This document shows, in pieces, positions 38,111 to 49,700 of a stretch of DNA of 64,000 nt. The position numbers and the translations under genes were made by a program. The DNA lies in the NCBI GenBank assembly GCA_965220935.1, contig OZ244857.1, positions 2,796,450 to 2,860,449 on the forward strand, written 5' to 3'. Below the pieces are notes generated by a model. That model had not been told where the DNA came from. It saw nothing but the letters and a program-made list of their open reading frames with translations, and did not search any database. Every line of letters starts with the position of its first letter. The stretch's first letter is position 1. The DNA comes from Rhodothermales bacterium (GTDB lineage Bacteria > Bacteroidota > Rhodothermia > Rhodothermales > Bin80).

Positions 38111-40449
38111 CTCTTCCCTGTGTGATGATTAGATTTTGATTTAGAATGATTTCGCTTGTTGGAAATAGATTTTCTGCGGGGAGGTGCACTCCATTGAAAA
38201 AATATTTGTTGATTACCGTTATGTACAGACTGAACATAGAGTTGCACTTCATCACCACCCTGCACATCTTTATCAGGTATGTCATCAATGATAGGCCCAT
38301 TCCAACCACTTGCAACATGTTTAGCTCTTCGTTTATCTGTTTTCGTTCGTTCACTTAGAATCTCAGCATCAACTATATCACCAATTGATGGAAGTCGCTC
38401 TAATTGTACTCCAGATGGAGAATCATCAAATGAATGAGAATGCTCTGAGTCAGCATTAATTTTGTGAGAAATATTTCCCTTTGGCTTAGGTGACTCCTTA
38501 GAACTCCTTGATTTAATTAGTCCTTTTACAAGATCTATAAATTCTTTAAGAATCTCTTCACTTTCTTCAGCATTAGGCAGTCTAGGTGAGGGAAAAGCAG
38601 TAAAGCGAATGGCAAAATTGCCATTCGAAAGAGAAACCAGACTCCATAAGACAGGAGAAGCATGGCGATATTGGAATTCATCCATATTAACCCCTTCTAG
38701 CTTTCTGGGGAGACCTAATGCAATGCGATCAATTTTTTCTTCAAGACGCTGGGTAGCAATCTTCACGGATTCTCCAATCATATGACATGCAAACCATGGA
38801 TTGTCAAAATTCCACTCGGTAGGGAAATCTTCAAACAATGCATTGTCTAGGGAGGGCGCATAGAGTTCTTGCTTTTTAGTATTAATTCCACATTTGGCGG
38901 CAAAATCGAGTGCAAGACGAGTGCAATCTTTAAGTGATTCAAGTCCATCAACAGAGATGTCCGATAGTGAACCGAATCCTTTCCTTGATTTAGCACCTAT
39001 CCCACCATAACGGCATAATAACCACAATGCTACTGATACTTGGCGTTCTACCTCATTGGCATCAATCCTTATTTTCTTCTCAGTTTCTGAACCAATATAA
39101 GTGTCTCTCGTTGTGAAGGTGATCTCCCATTGAGCATGTTCATGCATATACCATCGATTATCTTTTTCGTTTTTGTCTTCCATACCATAAGTATAATAAT
39201 ACAAGCCCATCGTCATTTTCTTGGGAGTCCTACGTCTCTGATCTGATATGCCACAGTTATCAAGAAAAGTAGAATTCAAGGAATACTGATCAATAGGATT
39301 GCCAGAAATGCTATGTATGGAGATGCAAATAGGGCTACCACTATCAATACTGCCCCAGATGCCGTTTTCAAGTCGTTTTAAATTTTGAAGATCAATCTTT
39401 CCAGCATACATCGTTCTCCACCACCATCGGAGTAGACCGCGTAGGGTTGAACCTCGCAATTCGCAGTCTTCTCTCTGTTGATTTGCACCCGCCAGAAATG
39501 CCGGTGAAACGAGTTTCAACTGGTATTTCTTCGTTCGTAATGTGGATGGCGTAGTGATTTTAATGGATTCTGGCGAATGAAATCGCCCGAATCCAGCATT
39601 TGTTTTTGCTCCAGCTCCATAGGTACTCAAAGCATGGATGAGCCATGATGACGCAACTTCAAGTGCATCATCGCCTGATGGATTCCTATCGGTAATTGCA
39701 AATGTAAAAGTTGTATTGGACTGGACACATAGAAAATATACTGGAACTGGATCCTCCCAGTCACCAGGTGCAGACTTCTGATTGTCAGAACTATAATAGT
39801 TTGTATGATGATTGTTTGTGATATCCACAATCAGACGCGGCCAGTCTTTTGGCCAGGCATCATGAAAGACCAATCGCCCGGTAGTTAAAGATAGTTCTGG
39901 TTCAATTCCATCTGGTCGCCAGCCAGTTGGATTCTTATGTTCAGAGACATATTTGAAAGATTCCGAGTTGACACTGTATCCAAAAAGTTCGTCTATTTTC
40001 TTCCATGCCTCTTGCTGGTTTTCTTGATCTGGCGCCCATCTCGTCTCGGCCCAACTGCGAACCAGTCCTTTAATCCCGCTACCAGGTATGTATGGAAATC
40101 CATAGACTGGATGTAGGCAAAGTCCCGCATTTTCCCATACTCCATTACGGGAAAGATGAAGTGCAAGAGGGCTGGCCGTCACCAAATCAATATGACATGC
40201 CTTCAAAGTGTCCAAGAAGGCTGTGCGTCGATCAGAAAGATTTTGGAGAAGTTCATTGGATCCATCTATTTTGATAATGTCATTTAAGACATTTTTCTTG
40301 TCCTCTTCCTTGGCGTTATTCATGATCGTAAACTTATCCAGATGAAGTCCCACCTGGCGCGATCTTAATGGAAAGAGTGATTGATTCCCATTGAGTTTTA
40401 CAAGATCTTGAGTGGTTTTGGGAAGAACTAATCCTAAAGCGTCGTGCAT
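38101..40449 (-). CDS. cmr6: Cmr6-Cmr1 fusion RAMP with C-terminal OB/S1-like extension
   Basis: N half has HPVYGFPYIPGSGIKG, DITNNHH, PVPVYFL and GAGAKTNAGFG (Cmr6). C half has LRGSTLRGLLRWWWR and GGIGAKSRKGFGSL (Cmr1). Single frame. Confidence 0.88.
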   Translation of the reverse strand: MHDALGLVLPKTTQDLVKLNGNQSLFPLRSRQVGLHLDKFTIMNNAKEEDKKNVLNDIIKIDGSNELLQNLSDRRTAFLDTLKACHIDLVTASPLALHLSRNGVWENAGLCLHPVYGFPYIPGSGIKGLVRSWAETRWAPDQENQQEAWKKIDELFGYSVNSESFKYVSEHKNPTGWRPDGIEPELSLTTGRLVFHDAWPKDWPRLIVDITNNHHTNYYSSDNQKSAPGDWEDPVPVYFLCVQSNTTFTFAITDRNPSGDDALEVASSWLIHALSTYGAGAKTNAGFGRFHSPESIKITTPSTLRTKKYQLKLVSPAFLAGANQQREDCELRGSTLRGLLRWWWRTMYAGKIDLQNLKRLENGIWGSIDSGSPICISIHSISGNPIDQYSLNSTFLDNCGISDQRRRTPKKMTMGLYYYTYGMEDKNEKDNRWYMHEHAQWEITFTTRDTYIGSETEKKIRIDANEVERQVSVALWLLCRYGGIGAKSRKGFGSLSDISVDGLESLKDCTRLALDFAAKCGINTKKQELYAPSLDNALFEDFPTEWNFDNPWFACHMIGESVKIATQRLEEKIDRIALGLPRKLEGVNMDEFQYRHASPVLWSLVSLSNGNFAIRFTAFPSPRLPNAEESEEILKEFIDLVKGLIKSRSSKESPKPKGNISHKINADSEHSHSFDDSPSGVQLERLPSIGDIVDAEILSERTKTDKRRAKHVASGWNGPIIDDIPDKDVQGGDEVQLYVQSVHNGNQQIFFQWSAPPRRKSISNKRNHSKSKSNHHTGKRWR

Positions 40450-40450
40450 G

Positions 40451-40864
40451 TCAAATTTCTCCGTCCTGTTTGATTTCGGCTTCGGCAAATCGACCAAGCC
40501 ACTGCAAATATCTCAGCAGTTCATCAGTGATGCGCCGCAAAATTTCTGCATCACTTTTAATGATAGCCGTTAGAATCGCTTTGGGTGTTAGGGGATTCTG
40601 AATTTGATTGGTAAATTTTCGTTCATTCAGGATCCATTTGGATAGATCTATTAGAAGCAGTGCCTTGGCATCAGAGCTACCATTTGATTTTGCATACAGA
40701 AACCCCAATGCCTGGCCAAGTCCAGAGGTTCTAATCCGGATAGGCAGTCGTTTCACTTCTCGGGCATACTCCTCACCGATTGAATCCGCTTTCCCCTGGA
40801 TTCGTTCTATGGATTTCCATGCATGTTTTGCACGAAGTTGGTCAAGTGTAGCTCGGTTACTCAT
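40451..40864 (-). CDS. cmr5: type III-B small subunit Cmr5
   Basis: TLDQLRAKHAW, LPIRIRTSGLGQALGFL and LQWLGRFAEA motifs. Confidence 0.92.
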   Translation of the reverse strand: MSNRATLDQLRAKHAWKSIERIQGKADSIGEEYAREVKRLPIRIRTSGLGQALGFLYAKSNGSSDAKALLLIDLSKWILNERKFTNQIQNPLTPKAILTAIIKSDAEILRRITDELLRYLQWLGRFAEAEIKQDGEI

Positions 40865-40876
40865 CAATATCAACCT

Positions 40877-41752
40877 CTAAAAACGATTGGAAAACCGAAT
40901 ACCACAGATTCCCTTTCCAATGGTTTCTCCGCCGCCAATCTGAATATAGGGAAGGAGTCTGCTCTGAAATGTCTCCAGTAACTCTTTACCATTGGCTTTA
41001 AAATCAGATCGATGACTATCCTGACAAATCATCAAGGAATAGAGGATTGTTTCTGCGGGCAGGTACTCCTCATAGAATAGTGCAGATTTTTTAACCGTCT
41101 TGGTACGATAGTCAAGTCCAATGCGGGCATTGACTTCAGTGGCATTTTGAACAAAGAAGGTAAAATCATCATTATTCAGCACGGCTAAATGACTCTTGAT
41201 TCTCTCTGCAGTATGTTCATCTGATGTCACTCGCGGAGCTATCCATTCGGACAAGTCACTGGGGCATCTCTTGACAGAAAATTCAAACTCCTCCAGAATC
41301 ATTTTATCACCAGAAACCAATGGACTGCTCTCAGAACAGTATGCATGATCTCGATCGGGTTCAGGAATTGTAGGTACGGATCCCCCGTTAATGATACCTA
41401 AATCACGTTGCAAACGATACAACACATCTGGGCAAGTTGCCCATGCAAAGACACCAGACAACGATCGGACTGGAAAAGCAAGAATGCGTGCATCCGAAAG
41501 ATTCAATGCACCAGCATAATCCTCACTTGATGATGTTTCAGGGCCAAATAAGGTCAGTTCCTCGTCGTTATTTTCCATAGATGTACCCTTGAATGAACTA
41601 CGAAACACTCCCTTCAATGATGAACCAGGGATGGTAGGCCAGTTTGTGTGCCGTTCTCTCTGTATGGGCAAATCAATGACCCCTAAAGCAGTGCCTCCAC
41701 CGGGATGAAGTCCAGTGAGTGCGTGAATAAACATGATCGTTTGATCAGACAT
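40877..41752 (-). CDS. cmr4: type III-B RAMP Cmr4
   Basis: HALTGLHPGGG..IDLPIQRE, IPGSSLKG, LFYEEYLP and QIGGGETIGKG motifs. Confidence 0.95.
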   Translation of the reverse strand: MSDQTIMFIHALTGLHPGGGTALGVIDLPIQRERHTNWPTIPGSSLKGVFRSSFKGTSMENNDEELTLFGPETSSSEDYAGALNLSDARILAFPVRSLSGVFAWATCPDVLYRLQRDLGIINGGSVPTIPEPDRDHAYCSESSPLVSGDKMILEEFEFSVKRCPSDLSEWIAPRVTSDEHTAERIKSHLAVLNNDDFTFFVQNATEVNARIGLDYRTKTVKKSALFYEEYLPAETILYSLMICQDSHRSDFKANGKELLETFQSRLLPYIQIGGGETIGKGICGIRFSNRF

Positions 41753-42836
41753 ATGTCCAATTACCCGTTAAAAAGTGGCCCCATCCCTCCAATGCATCAT
41801 GGTGTTCAACCAGTGATGTGGGAATAGGTGTATCCTTTGATAGAAAATATACTGTTCCAGCTGGAACCATAAATCGGTTTGGCTTTGGTCCACCCCTCGC
41901 CAAATCCCAACCAGAGATACCCTCTGGATGAGAAACAGATGCCGCAATACAAGGGACATCGGGTGGTTTCCATCCATCAAAATACGCTGGTGTAGTAAGA
42001 AGGAGTATACGACCATCACATTCATCAAGCGGAATGTCATTTGGCCAGAAATCATCCTCTTCTGGTGAAATTACGACAGACCTGCCCTCTCCTCCAAATT
42101 TCAAAATGATATTCTCCGCTAAAAGAGGTGCAATCAGTTCATCATCCCCTGAAATTTCACCGCAAAATTCAACATCTGGTTGAAGAACAAGCATGCCAGA
42201 AGAATAAATCATTCCTTCGCTTGCAGCATTGCTTTCTGGGTCAATCGCTATACCAACTCTTCGGTCAATTTGATATAATTGATCCGCGGTGACCAGTTCA
42301 CTCAAAGAGAGCCTACTCCCCTGCAGAAAGGAGCGAAGTCCAGATTGTGTGAGGTAGCCCGATACTGATTCGTGAGACTGCCGGCCATAGCTCCAAAGTG
42401 GGAAAAGTCCAGAATTGTTACAATTCCACCCAGTGGGTAATGTTTGAAGTGGATCCAGACGAATCAGTGGTTGAGATTGGTCTGATGAGTTCCGCTGTTT
42501 GTCAATCCTTAAGTTAGATGGCACAGGTATTAAGGTTTCACCATTTTTTCTGAGCCATGGACCGCTCATCTTCATCTTCTTTAAGGCAAGCACCGGGGCA
42601 TCTTCATCATCAAGGGCGCTATCAAAAGAACCGTACTTCTTGACATGATGTCCAAATTGTTTGAGGTTCACATCATGCGCTCTGAGAAGAAATGTTCGAA
42701 TTGCACCCGCAAATGTTTGAGGAGATGGGAGGGTCGAGTCTGCATATTGGGTCGTATCGAATGGGCGCGCATCTCTGAATGAAAGAGTATCAAGCGGACG
42801 CATGGATATTCTTAGTGTAGTCCGTCTAACTGCCAT
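41745..42836 (-). CDS. cmr3: type III-B RAMP Cmr3
   Basis: PLDTLSFRDARPF, RVGIAID, FGGEGR, LLTTPA, SGWDL..PKP and VPAGTVY motifs. Confidence 0.92.
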   Translation of the reverse strand: MAVRRTTLRISMRPLDTLSFRDARPFDTTQYADSTLPSPQTFAGAIRTFLLRAHDVNLKQFGHHVKKYGSFDSALDDEDAPVLALKKMKMSGPWLRKNGETLIPVPSNLRIDKQRNSSDQSQPLIRLDPLQTLPTGWNCNNSGLFPLWSYGRQSHESVSGYLTQSGLRSFLQGSRLSLSELVTADQLYQIDRRVGIAIDPESNAASEGMIYSSGMLVLQPDVEFCGEISGDDELIAPLLAENIILKFGGEGRSVVISPEEDDFWPNDIPLDECDGRILLLTTPAYFDGWKPPDVPCIAASVSHPEGISGWDLARGGPKPNRFMVPAGTVYFLSKDTPIPTSLVEHHDALEGWGHFLTGNWTYV

Positions 42837-45345
42837 CAACTCCTCGTGCAATAAATGCCGCCCCCAGACATAACTGGATAAAATTTTCCAATTGACTGTT
42901 GGAATTTTTAGTGTGCAATCTGTAATGAGGCCACCATTGATCAATGGCTTTTACATCTTCCATTGCCTGTGATCTATTGATGAGGCGTTTGATTTCAGCA
43001 TTGACCGCATCGCTTGGCAAATGAGAAAGAACGGATGATTCTCGTCTGATTTGGTAAAGCCATCGATCCGAAAGTCCAGAGCTGAATGCATTAGAGATAC
43101 CTTCAAACCAATTTGCAATCTTCCATGAGAGATCACAACGACTGTGCTCCCCTGATCGGCGCATGAATCGTAAAGTCATACGGTTTTTTCCGTTAGACTT
43201 GGACTCTTTTTCAGCATCCCGTGCGGCCTGTAAAGCTGCACGTAAATCCTCCTTGTAGTGTACATAGGCTATCCCAGCGGAGAGTGTGGCCTTGTCTCCC
43301 ATGGCTAAAAAAGATCTTTGTTCAACTTGGGACCAGCCTTTCATATCCCCGTTGTTCCCCCGAAATGCTTCATATAAATCGAGTGCACATTGCAATGCAC
43401 GACAGGCGGGTAACAGTGCTAAGACATCATCACCTCCTGAATAGATCAGTGTTCCATGATGACCCTTAACTATATTTGGTATGGCAAAGTTGTTCAGTGC
43501 TTCGCTAATTGCACCATGCAACGCTGGGCCGACTGGACGCTTGGCTTGAAGCCCCTCAGCATCTAAATTTTCATAGTACTTATGCAGATTAGGATGACGT
43601 ATTTCTATAACTTCTGGAGCATGTTCTCCTTTTAGCCATAAACCCATATCGTCAGCATCCATCATCAAAATGGCATAGTAGCTTGGAGGAGCACTAGATG
43701 ATTTTTTTGCGTATACAATCTCATCCCAATACTTCTTAGGTACAGCATCTTCTTCTTTCCGCAGTCTTTGATGTAGCCACTGACCGTTCCAAGGATCCCA
43801 ATCTTTGAAATCACTCAGACTTGTTTGAAGCCATTCAATGGCCGCAATCGTGGCAGTATCTGGATAGGGAAGGTCCGACTTTTTCAACTTGAGTTGATGT
43901 TGGAGAAACAACGAAGGAGCAAAACGCTTGCAGAGTGCATGGCACAAAATCGATCTTTCTTTCTGATCTTATCAATGAGATGGTTGGATGCATCGCCTGC
44001 TTCACACCAGAATGTAGCAGAGTCGTCTAAATTTGCAGGTCCCATCTGTTCATAAGTTCCAAATAAACTACATTTTGGACCAGCGGGCCATTTCGGTGGA
44101 TTCTGTGGAATGAACCGAATAGACCGGTTCGCTTCAGACATTCGTGCAGAGACTTCCATATGTGCTTGCCACTGACCAGCTTTGTCTTGTTTGATCGGGG
44201 TTTTTCATGATGTGGAATCACATCATGCATCTCGCGAATTTTCTGTGCGTGATCCCATACATCTCCAAAGTTTGGTTGATTACCAATGAGCGATGCCATG
44301 GTTGAATCATTCAAGGCATTGACAGGGCAAATGGACATACTTATGTCAAAATAATTGTTCACCTGAGAATGCCAACGGTTACCCCAGTCAGGATCAAGTT
44401 GAGAAAATGTTTGATTTAATTTCTTATAAACCTGATCCGAGAGGGATTGCCATGCTGAGGAGATTGCATCCTTTGACGCTGTTTCAAAAGCAGAAGCGAT
44501 CGTACTGTCTAGTCCACAAGGCACCAATGCAACAAATCTATTGGGGAGAGATGGGGACTGTCTGCTCAAAGATGAAGGCATGGGATCAATTCTTCAAGGG
44601 CTGGACTTTCTCGTAACCACAAATCAACTAATGAATTCCCCCGCAAGGCAGGATAAACCATGGCTGTTGGACCAAGATCTTGTAAGACGGGGCGAATCCC
44701 TTGAAAAATCAGCCAGGAGAGAATCGTACTGCCAGACCACAAATCTCTTAAACTCCGCGATGCCTGAATAAATGGCTGAACTGGGCCTAAGGATACCGAA
44801 AGGATTGCATAGCCATAGCCAAATTGACTAGCCGCTTTAATTCCACTTGTAATGTCTGCGTGCTGAATTAAGGTGTGATCTGGCACTCGCGTATCTGCTG
44901 GCAATTGAATTGAATCACGACCAAATTTTTCGGATAATTGGCTAGGCAAAAGTCGCCAGAGAGCTAAAAAACGTAATCGAGCGTCAGCATCTTCTGGTAA
45001 TTGATCAACGATATGACCGATAACATTTGATATTTCCAAAGAGGACAGGTCAGATACATTGATTTCACGGGGTGCCCACTGACTGGGTGAAATATTTTAA
45101 ATGAACCATTTGATATATTCACAGCACGCTCTCCATCATAGCCAGCGGTGGGCATTGGAATTCTATCAGCAGTGGATGCAATCAAATCAGCAGATTTGGA
45201 GGTGCTTTTCACATCAAGCATTGTGGCATCCTTCCCCAATGCTCTTGATAGGTGATCCAATGCCCGCCTTTCATGATCACGAATGGATAGAGCTTTATCG
45301 AATGGATCATGCACCAAGCACCCTTTCCCAGTCAGTTCTGCATAC
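42826..45345 (-). pseudogene. cas10: cas10/cmr2, broken by at least four frameshifts
   Basis: Successive fragments: HDPFDKAL; LPADTRVPDH..GPVQPFIQASRSLRDLWSGS; SLPNRFVAL; KCSLFG..E; YYAILMMDADDMG..IYSGGDDVL..SAGI. Start position approximate. Confidence 0.9.
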
Positions 45346-45741
45346 AACTCTTTCCCGAGCGTTATCCATGATGTGAAAGCAATACGAAGTAAAATGATAC
45401 CCAATTTACGAAACCTTGTTTAATTCTCAGTCATCAATCGTGTGACCTGATTTCAATTTCCTTCAACTACATGTTCAAGAGGCATTTTTCGGATTTTGAT
45501 GACGATGGCTATGGTAATTTCTTAATCATACGCCACTTCGATTTATAACTGATATCAGCAGTCCATCCAACCCAATGATGGTAAATGAATCAAATAAACT
45601 TACAATGTTGCATGCATCAATAATATTGAATTTGATAAACCATGTAACCGATACAGGGGCGGATGTTTACAATCAATGATGTAAATTATCCGGTAAGTTA
45701 ATCTTTCATCATCTTCATACATCTTTCTATGAGTTCATTCA

Positions 45742-46653
45742 ATGACAACCATGACGAGTAATCCTCAAAATGACCCACTTTCTGAGTTTGAAGTGAATCT
45801 CCAAAAACTACTTGGAACGATCAGGGTCAATGCCTGGCGGCTTTGTCTACGTACTCCATACACACATGCTACGACTCCAATGATTTGAGGCGTTTGGGGG
45901 CGTGCACTCAGACATGTTGATCGCACTTTATATGACGAAATATTTATCGGTTCTAATCAGCCGAGCCAGAATTTGCCCCGATACATCTTACGCCCCGCAC
46001 CAGCGGATCCCGACACTGCACCAGCCATTGACTTAATTCTATTTAACGTAGATGAACATTGTGATCAAACCATATGGAAATCTTGGGAAATGGCAAGTGC
46101 AATGGGGTTGGGGAAAAATCGTGAGCCATTTCGGATGAGAAGGAGAGAATGTTTAACTTCGGATAATTCCATAGATGGGTTAAACTGGGATTCTTGGACG
46201 CTATCCGATGTGCAGTGGCCATTACCATATCCACTTGAATCTAGCCCCTGTCAATTGAGATTTGATGTTCCATTGCGACTTATAAAAAAACGCAGCTTAT
46301 TACGAACCCCTGAGTTTTCAGATTTAATCACCGCGTCATTTCGAAGGATTGCTTTATTGGCTGGAATGCAACGTAGTGCTACTTACGCTCATCTGATCCG
46401 AACCGCTAAGTTCTTATCCAGTCAGACTGAGGCTCACCCATGGGTTGGAGAAAAATGTAATCTTGTCCGATGGTCTGGAGCACAGCAACGAGAAGTTGAA
46501 CTCTTTGGAGTGACGGGTTCAATTGTGTTGCCAAATGGTGCTGGGGCGGTTTGGTCCCTTATTTCCGCATCTCAGTGGTCCCATCTAGGGAAAGGAACAG
46601 TGTTTGGAATGGGGCAGATTCAGATTATGAATGTGTCTAGTACAAAGCGATAG
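45742..46653 (+). pseudogene. cas6: cas6 crRNA-processing endonuclease with premature stop
   Basis: ATG 45742/45751 is in frame with ORF 45973; TPMI*GVWGRALR has TGA at 45886-45888 where Arg is expected; C-terminal G-loop HLGKGTVFGMG. Confidence 0.85.
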
Positions 46654-46794
46654 GTTTATCTCAAAGGATGGTGTAGATGAAATATTCCATTGGCAGTGAC
46701 CACTGGTTTCCCAAACTTCAGAAACGAAATCAATGTACCGTATGAGAAGAATATCTATTGATGAAAGAGAAAACCACATCATGCATGGATTCAT

Positions 46795-49700
46795 TCAATC
46801 TGATGGTTTATTTTGGATTCCTGCCCACTGAGAAAGTAGATCATCATCACTTTCAGATGGATCAGAATTCTTTAATGACTCCCTTTCCTCGTTATACTTT
46901 GAGACACTCGGAATTTCAAAAAACGTAATCGTCACTTGCTTTTCTGTAAGGGTCTGGAATTTTTTCTCTAACTGATGATCGGCATTCAGCCCCCAGGCAA
47001 CACTTCCACCATGCTGTCCATTATTTGCAACAATAACCAATTGACCCATGTGATAACTTAACGCCGAAGCCATTTGATTAAGACGATTCACATTTTCCTG
47101 TCGGGTCGGAATAGCGAAAATATCGGATTGATCTTTGAGATAGGCAATCAAGTTTAAATCCGTTGCGTCATTACATTGAGATGCGGCGAGCCAGAATGGA
47201 TTCTGCCTTAAATCTCCACGATGGGGATATCTAACCACCCACTGGCATGGACGAAACCCTTGAATCAAGTTCCCCTTCTTTAAATTGATCTCTTTGTCCA
47301 AGTGGTTCAAGGATTTCTTAACCTGTCGGCGCGTTCTTATTTGTAAACCGTATTGCTGCCGAAACTCAGGAATGATCCACAGTAGTGAATTTACCAGTGG
47401 GTAGTCAACTGAAATTTCATCATAAATCAGGCCTGCTAAAATGATGGACTTGTGAGCACGGGCAAACGGCATCAAAAAGGAATAAACATCTTCTGGATGT
47501 ACAGATAATTCTGGGAGAATCAACCAGTCCACCGAGGGAATACGATCTGGATGATAACTCTTGCGGTTTAATTTTAATAGACGATCAACAGTAGCGAGAA
47601 CAGATGATAAATGATAGCGATGTTTTCTGCGAAGTTCTTCATGGGTGCTCAATGCTGGCTTATAGTATTGAAACTCATAATCCTCTGGACACGTCGTTTG
47701 AACGATACACGCTCGGAGCATAGGCCTCCACTCTTCTTTGTAGGGGTGAGCGGGTTTCATGGGAAGAATCAGGGTATGACTTGATGTACCATAATATGTT
47801 TTAATTTCCCCGATGCGATCTCCAATCTTTTCTATTGTTGATTCAATTCCTTCAAAGATCCACCTAAAATCGTATGGACAGGTACATCCAGGCCAGCGTA
47901 AAAGACCGAATAAAAACATCTCACACCAGTCACTGATCGGAAGCCAATCATCTCCGAAGGCCGAATGTCCACAATAAAAGCCATATAAACGATTATGCCA
48001 ATGACTTAGCAAAGGCCGGTAAATGCGATCCTTTTCTTTCCATGGATTTGAGTACACATTTAATGTGAAGTCTGGCTGACCTGACAGAATAAAACGTAGC
48101 AGGAAGCCAAGTTGGAATTCCCAATGAAAGTCAGGCTTGCACCAGTCATGCGTGTGATAGATTGATCTAAAGTTGGTAAGTTCTGATTCGTTGGATAGGA
48201 TGATCACCTTTGAAACCTCTGCCTCATCAATAGCAGTATTGGTATTGGTGTTGAATTTGATGATGACATCTTCTGGTGTGATCACATGAGAATGTGGGCA
48301 ATCTAGATCTGACCAAGCTTCAAGAAATGCCTTGGCAAACGTTAACAGAGAGTACTCATTGCGTAGTTTCCCATGTGGATGATGATCCATGACCACTTTA
48401 GCAAGAGTTTCATCTTCCAAATCCTTTGAAACTAGACACATATCACATTGTATTTCGACTGGCAAGTCACTACCACTGAGTGAAACCTTAGGGCTTTTGA
48501 TCAACTCAAGAGCTAATGTAAGATCACGAATAGCGATTTCGTACAGGCGTGATACGGTGAGATGCTTAGCAGTCAATGTTAGAGTTTCATCTTGATTACG
48601 AAGCGATCGACGGGTTACCATTGCGAGTTGAGCAAAATCTGAATCCGATACATCAAGTTCTTCACCATTAAGGAATTGAATTATTTCCCCGTAGATGTGA
48701 AATTCTGGGATATCCTGAATATGATTGGGAAAATTTATTTGATCCTTGGAATAAATGATCACAAATAACAATGCCTGTTGACGAAGATACCAGGGTATGC
48801 TCTCTTCTGGCAAACAGGATAGACGCAGGGCCTCTTGGTACAATTCTTCTCGGTAACTCTCTATGCAAGTGCCTAATGGAAGCATTTTCTGATTTTTAAC
48901 CAATCCTGTCTCTATGGCCCCAGCACGTAAAACCTCTGAAAGACAGTACCAACCCACACGCTTTGATTCTTCATCAATTTCTGGGCTGATGGTAAATGGC
49001 TTAAGAATGGAGAGGATGTACTGTAACACGTTCACATCAGGCCATAGATCAAGTCCGATACGAAGTAAGCGAACGTTAGAAGGATTTTTGATCCATCTCT
49101 GTATTAAGTCATAGGCAAATCGCTTGGCTTCCTGATTTAGTTGAATTTCAGTGGAAATTTGTGGGAACGTCGTTTGATGCTCCTGATTGCCATGGGGAGG
49201 AAGTATCAGTCTAAGCGATCGAAATGTTCTTCGAAATCGTCCAGCAGCAAATCTGGCTACCGTTTCAGGTTGAACATCTGGTTTGATCACTAAGTCGTTA
49301 TTATTGCCCAAACTGACTTCATTTTCAGTTCGCAACATTCCCTGAATGGCATCAAGAATTTCCATTCCACCTTCAGCATCAAATCCTCCCGAGACCGCAG
49401 ATTGAATGCGCCTCATTTTCTCGGATTGTGGCAATAATTGGGAGTCCGTGCGAGTGTATTTGATGATATCTGTTTTCTCTGTCGAAAAGATCAAACCAGA
49501 AGCAGTCTTATCTAATTGACCCTTGAGCCACTGAAACACTTTAGTATTTACTGTATCATGTGGGTAGTTTTGGGAATGCTTTGAAGCCACAGATACAACC
49601 ACCCTCAAATCATCAACGTATCGACACACATCCAGTAGTCTAATATCATCACAAATCTTTTTTCCTATATCGGATTTAAGTATATCATCAAAATCAAGTA

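Noticed and set aside
45345-45742. CRISPR array or leader between cas10 and cas6
   Set aside because: AT-rich, but no repeated 25-40 bp unit was found here or elsewhere in the window.
46585-46794. Small ORF right after the RT stop as a Drt1b-like partner
   Set aside because: Only 69 aa, overlaps cas6 on the opposite strand, and has no convincing TM pattern.
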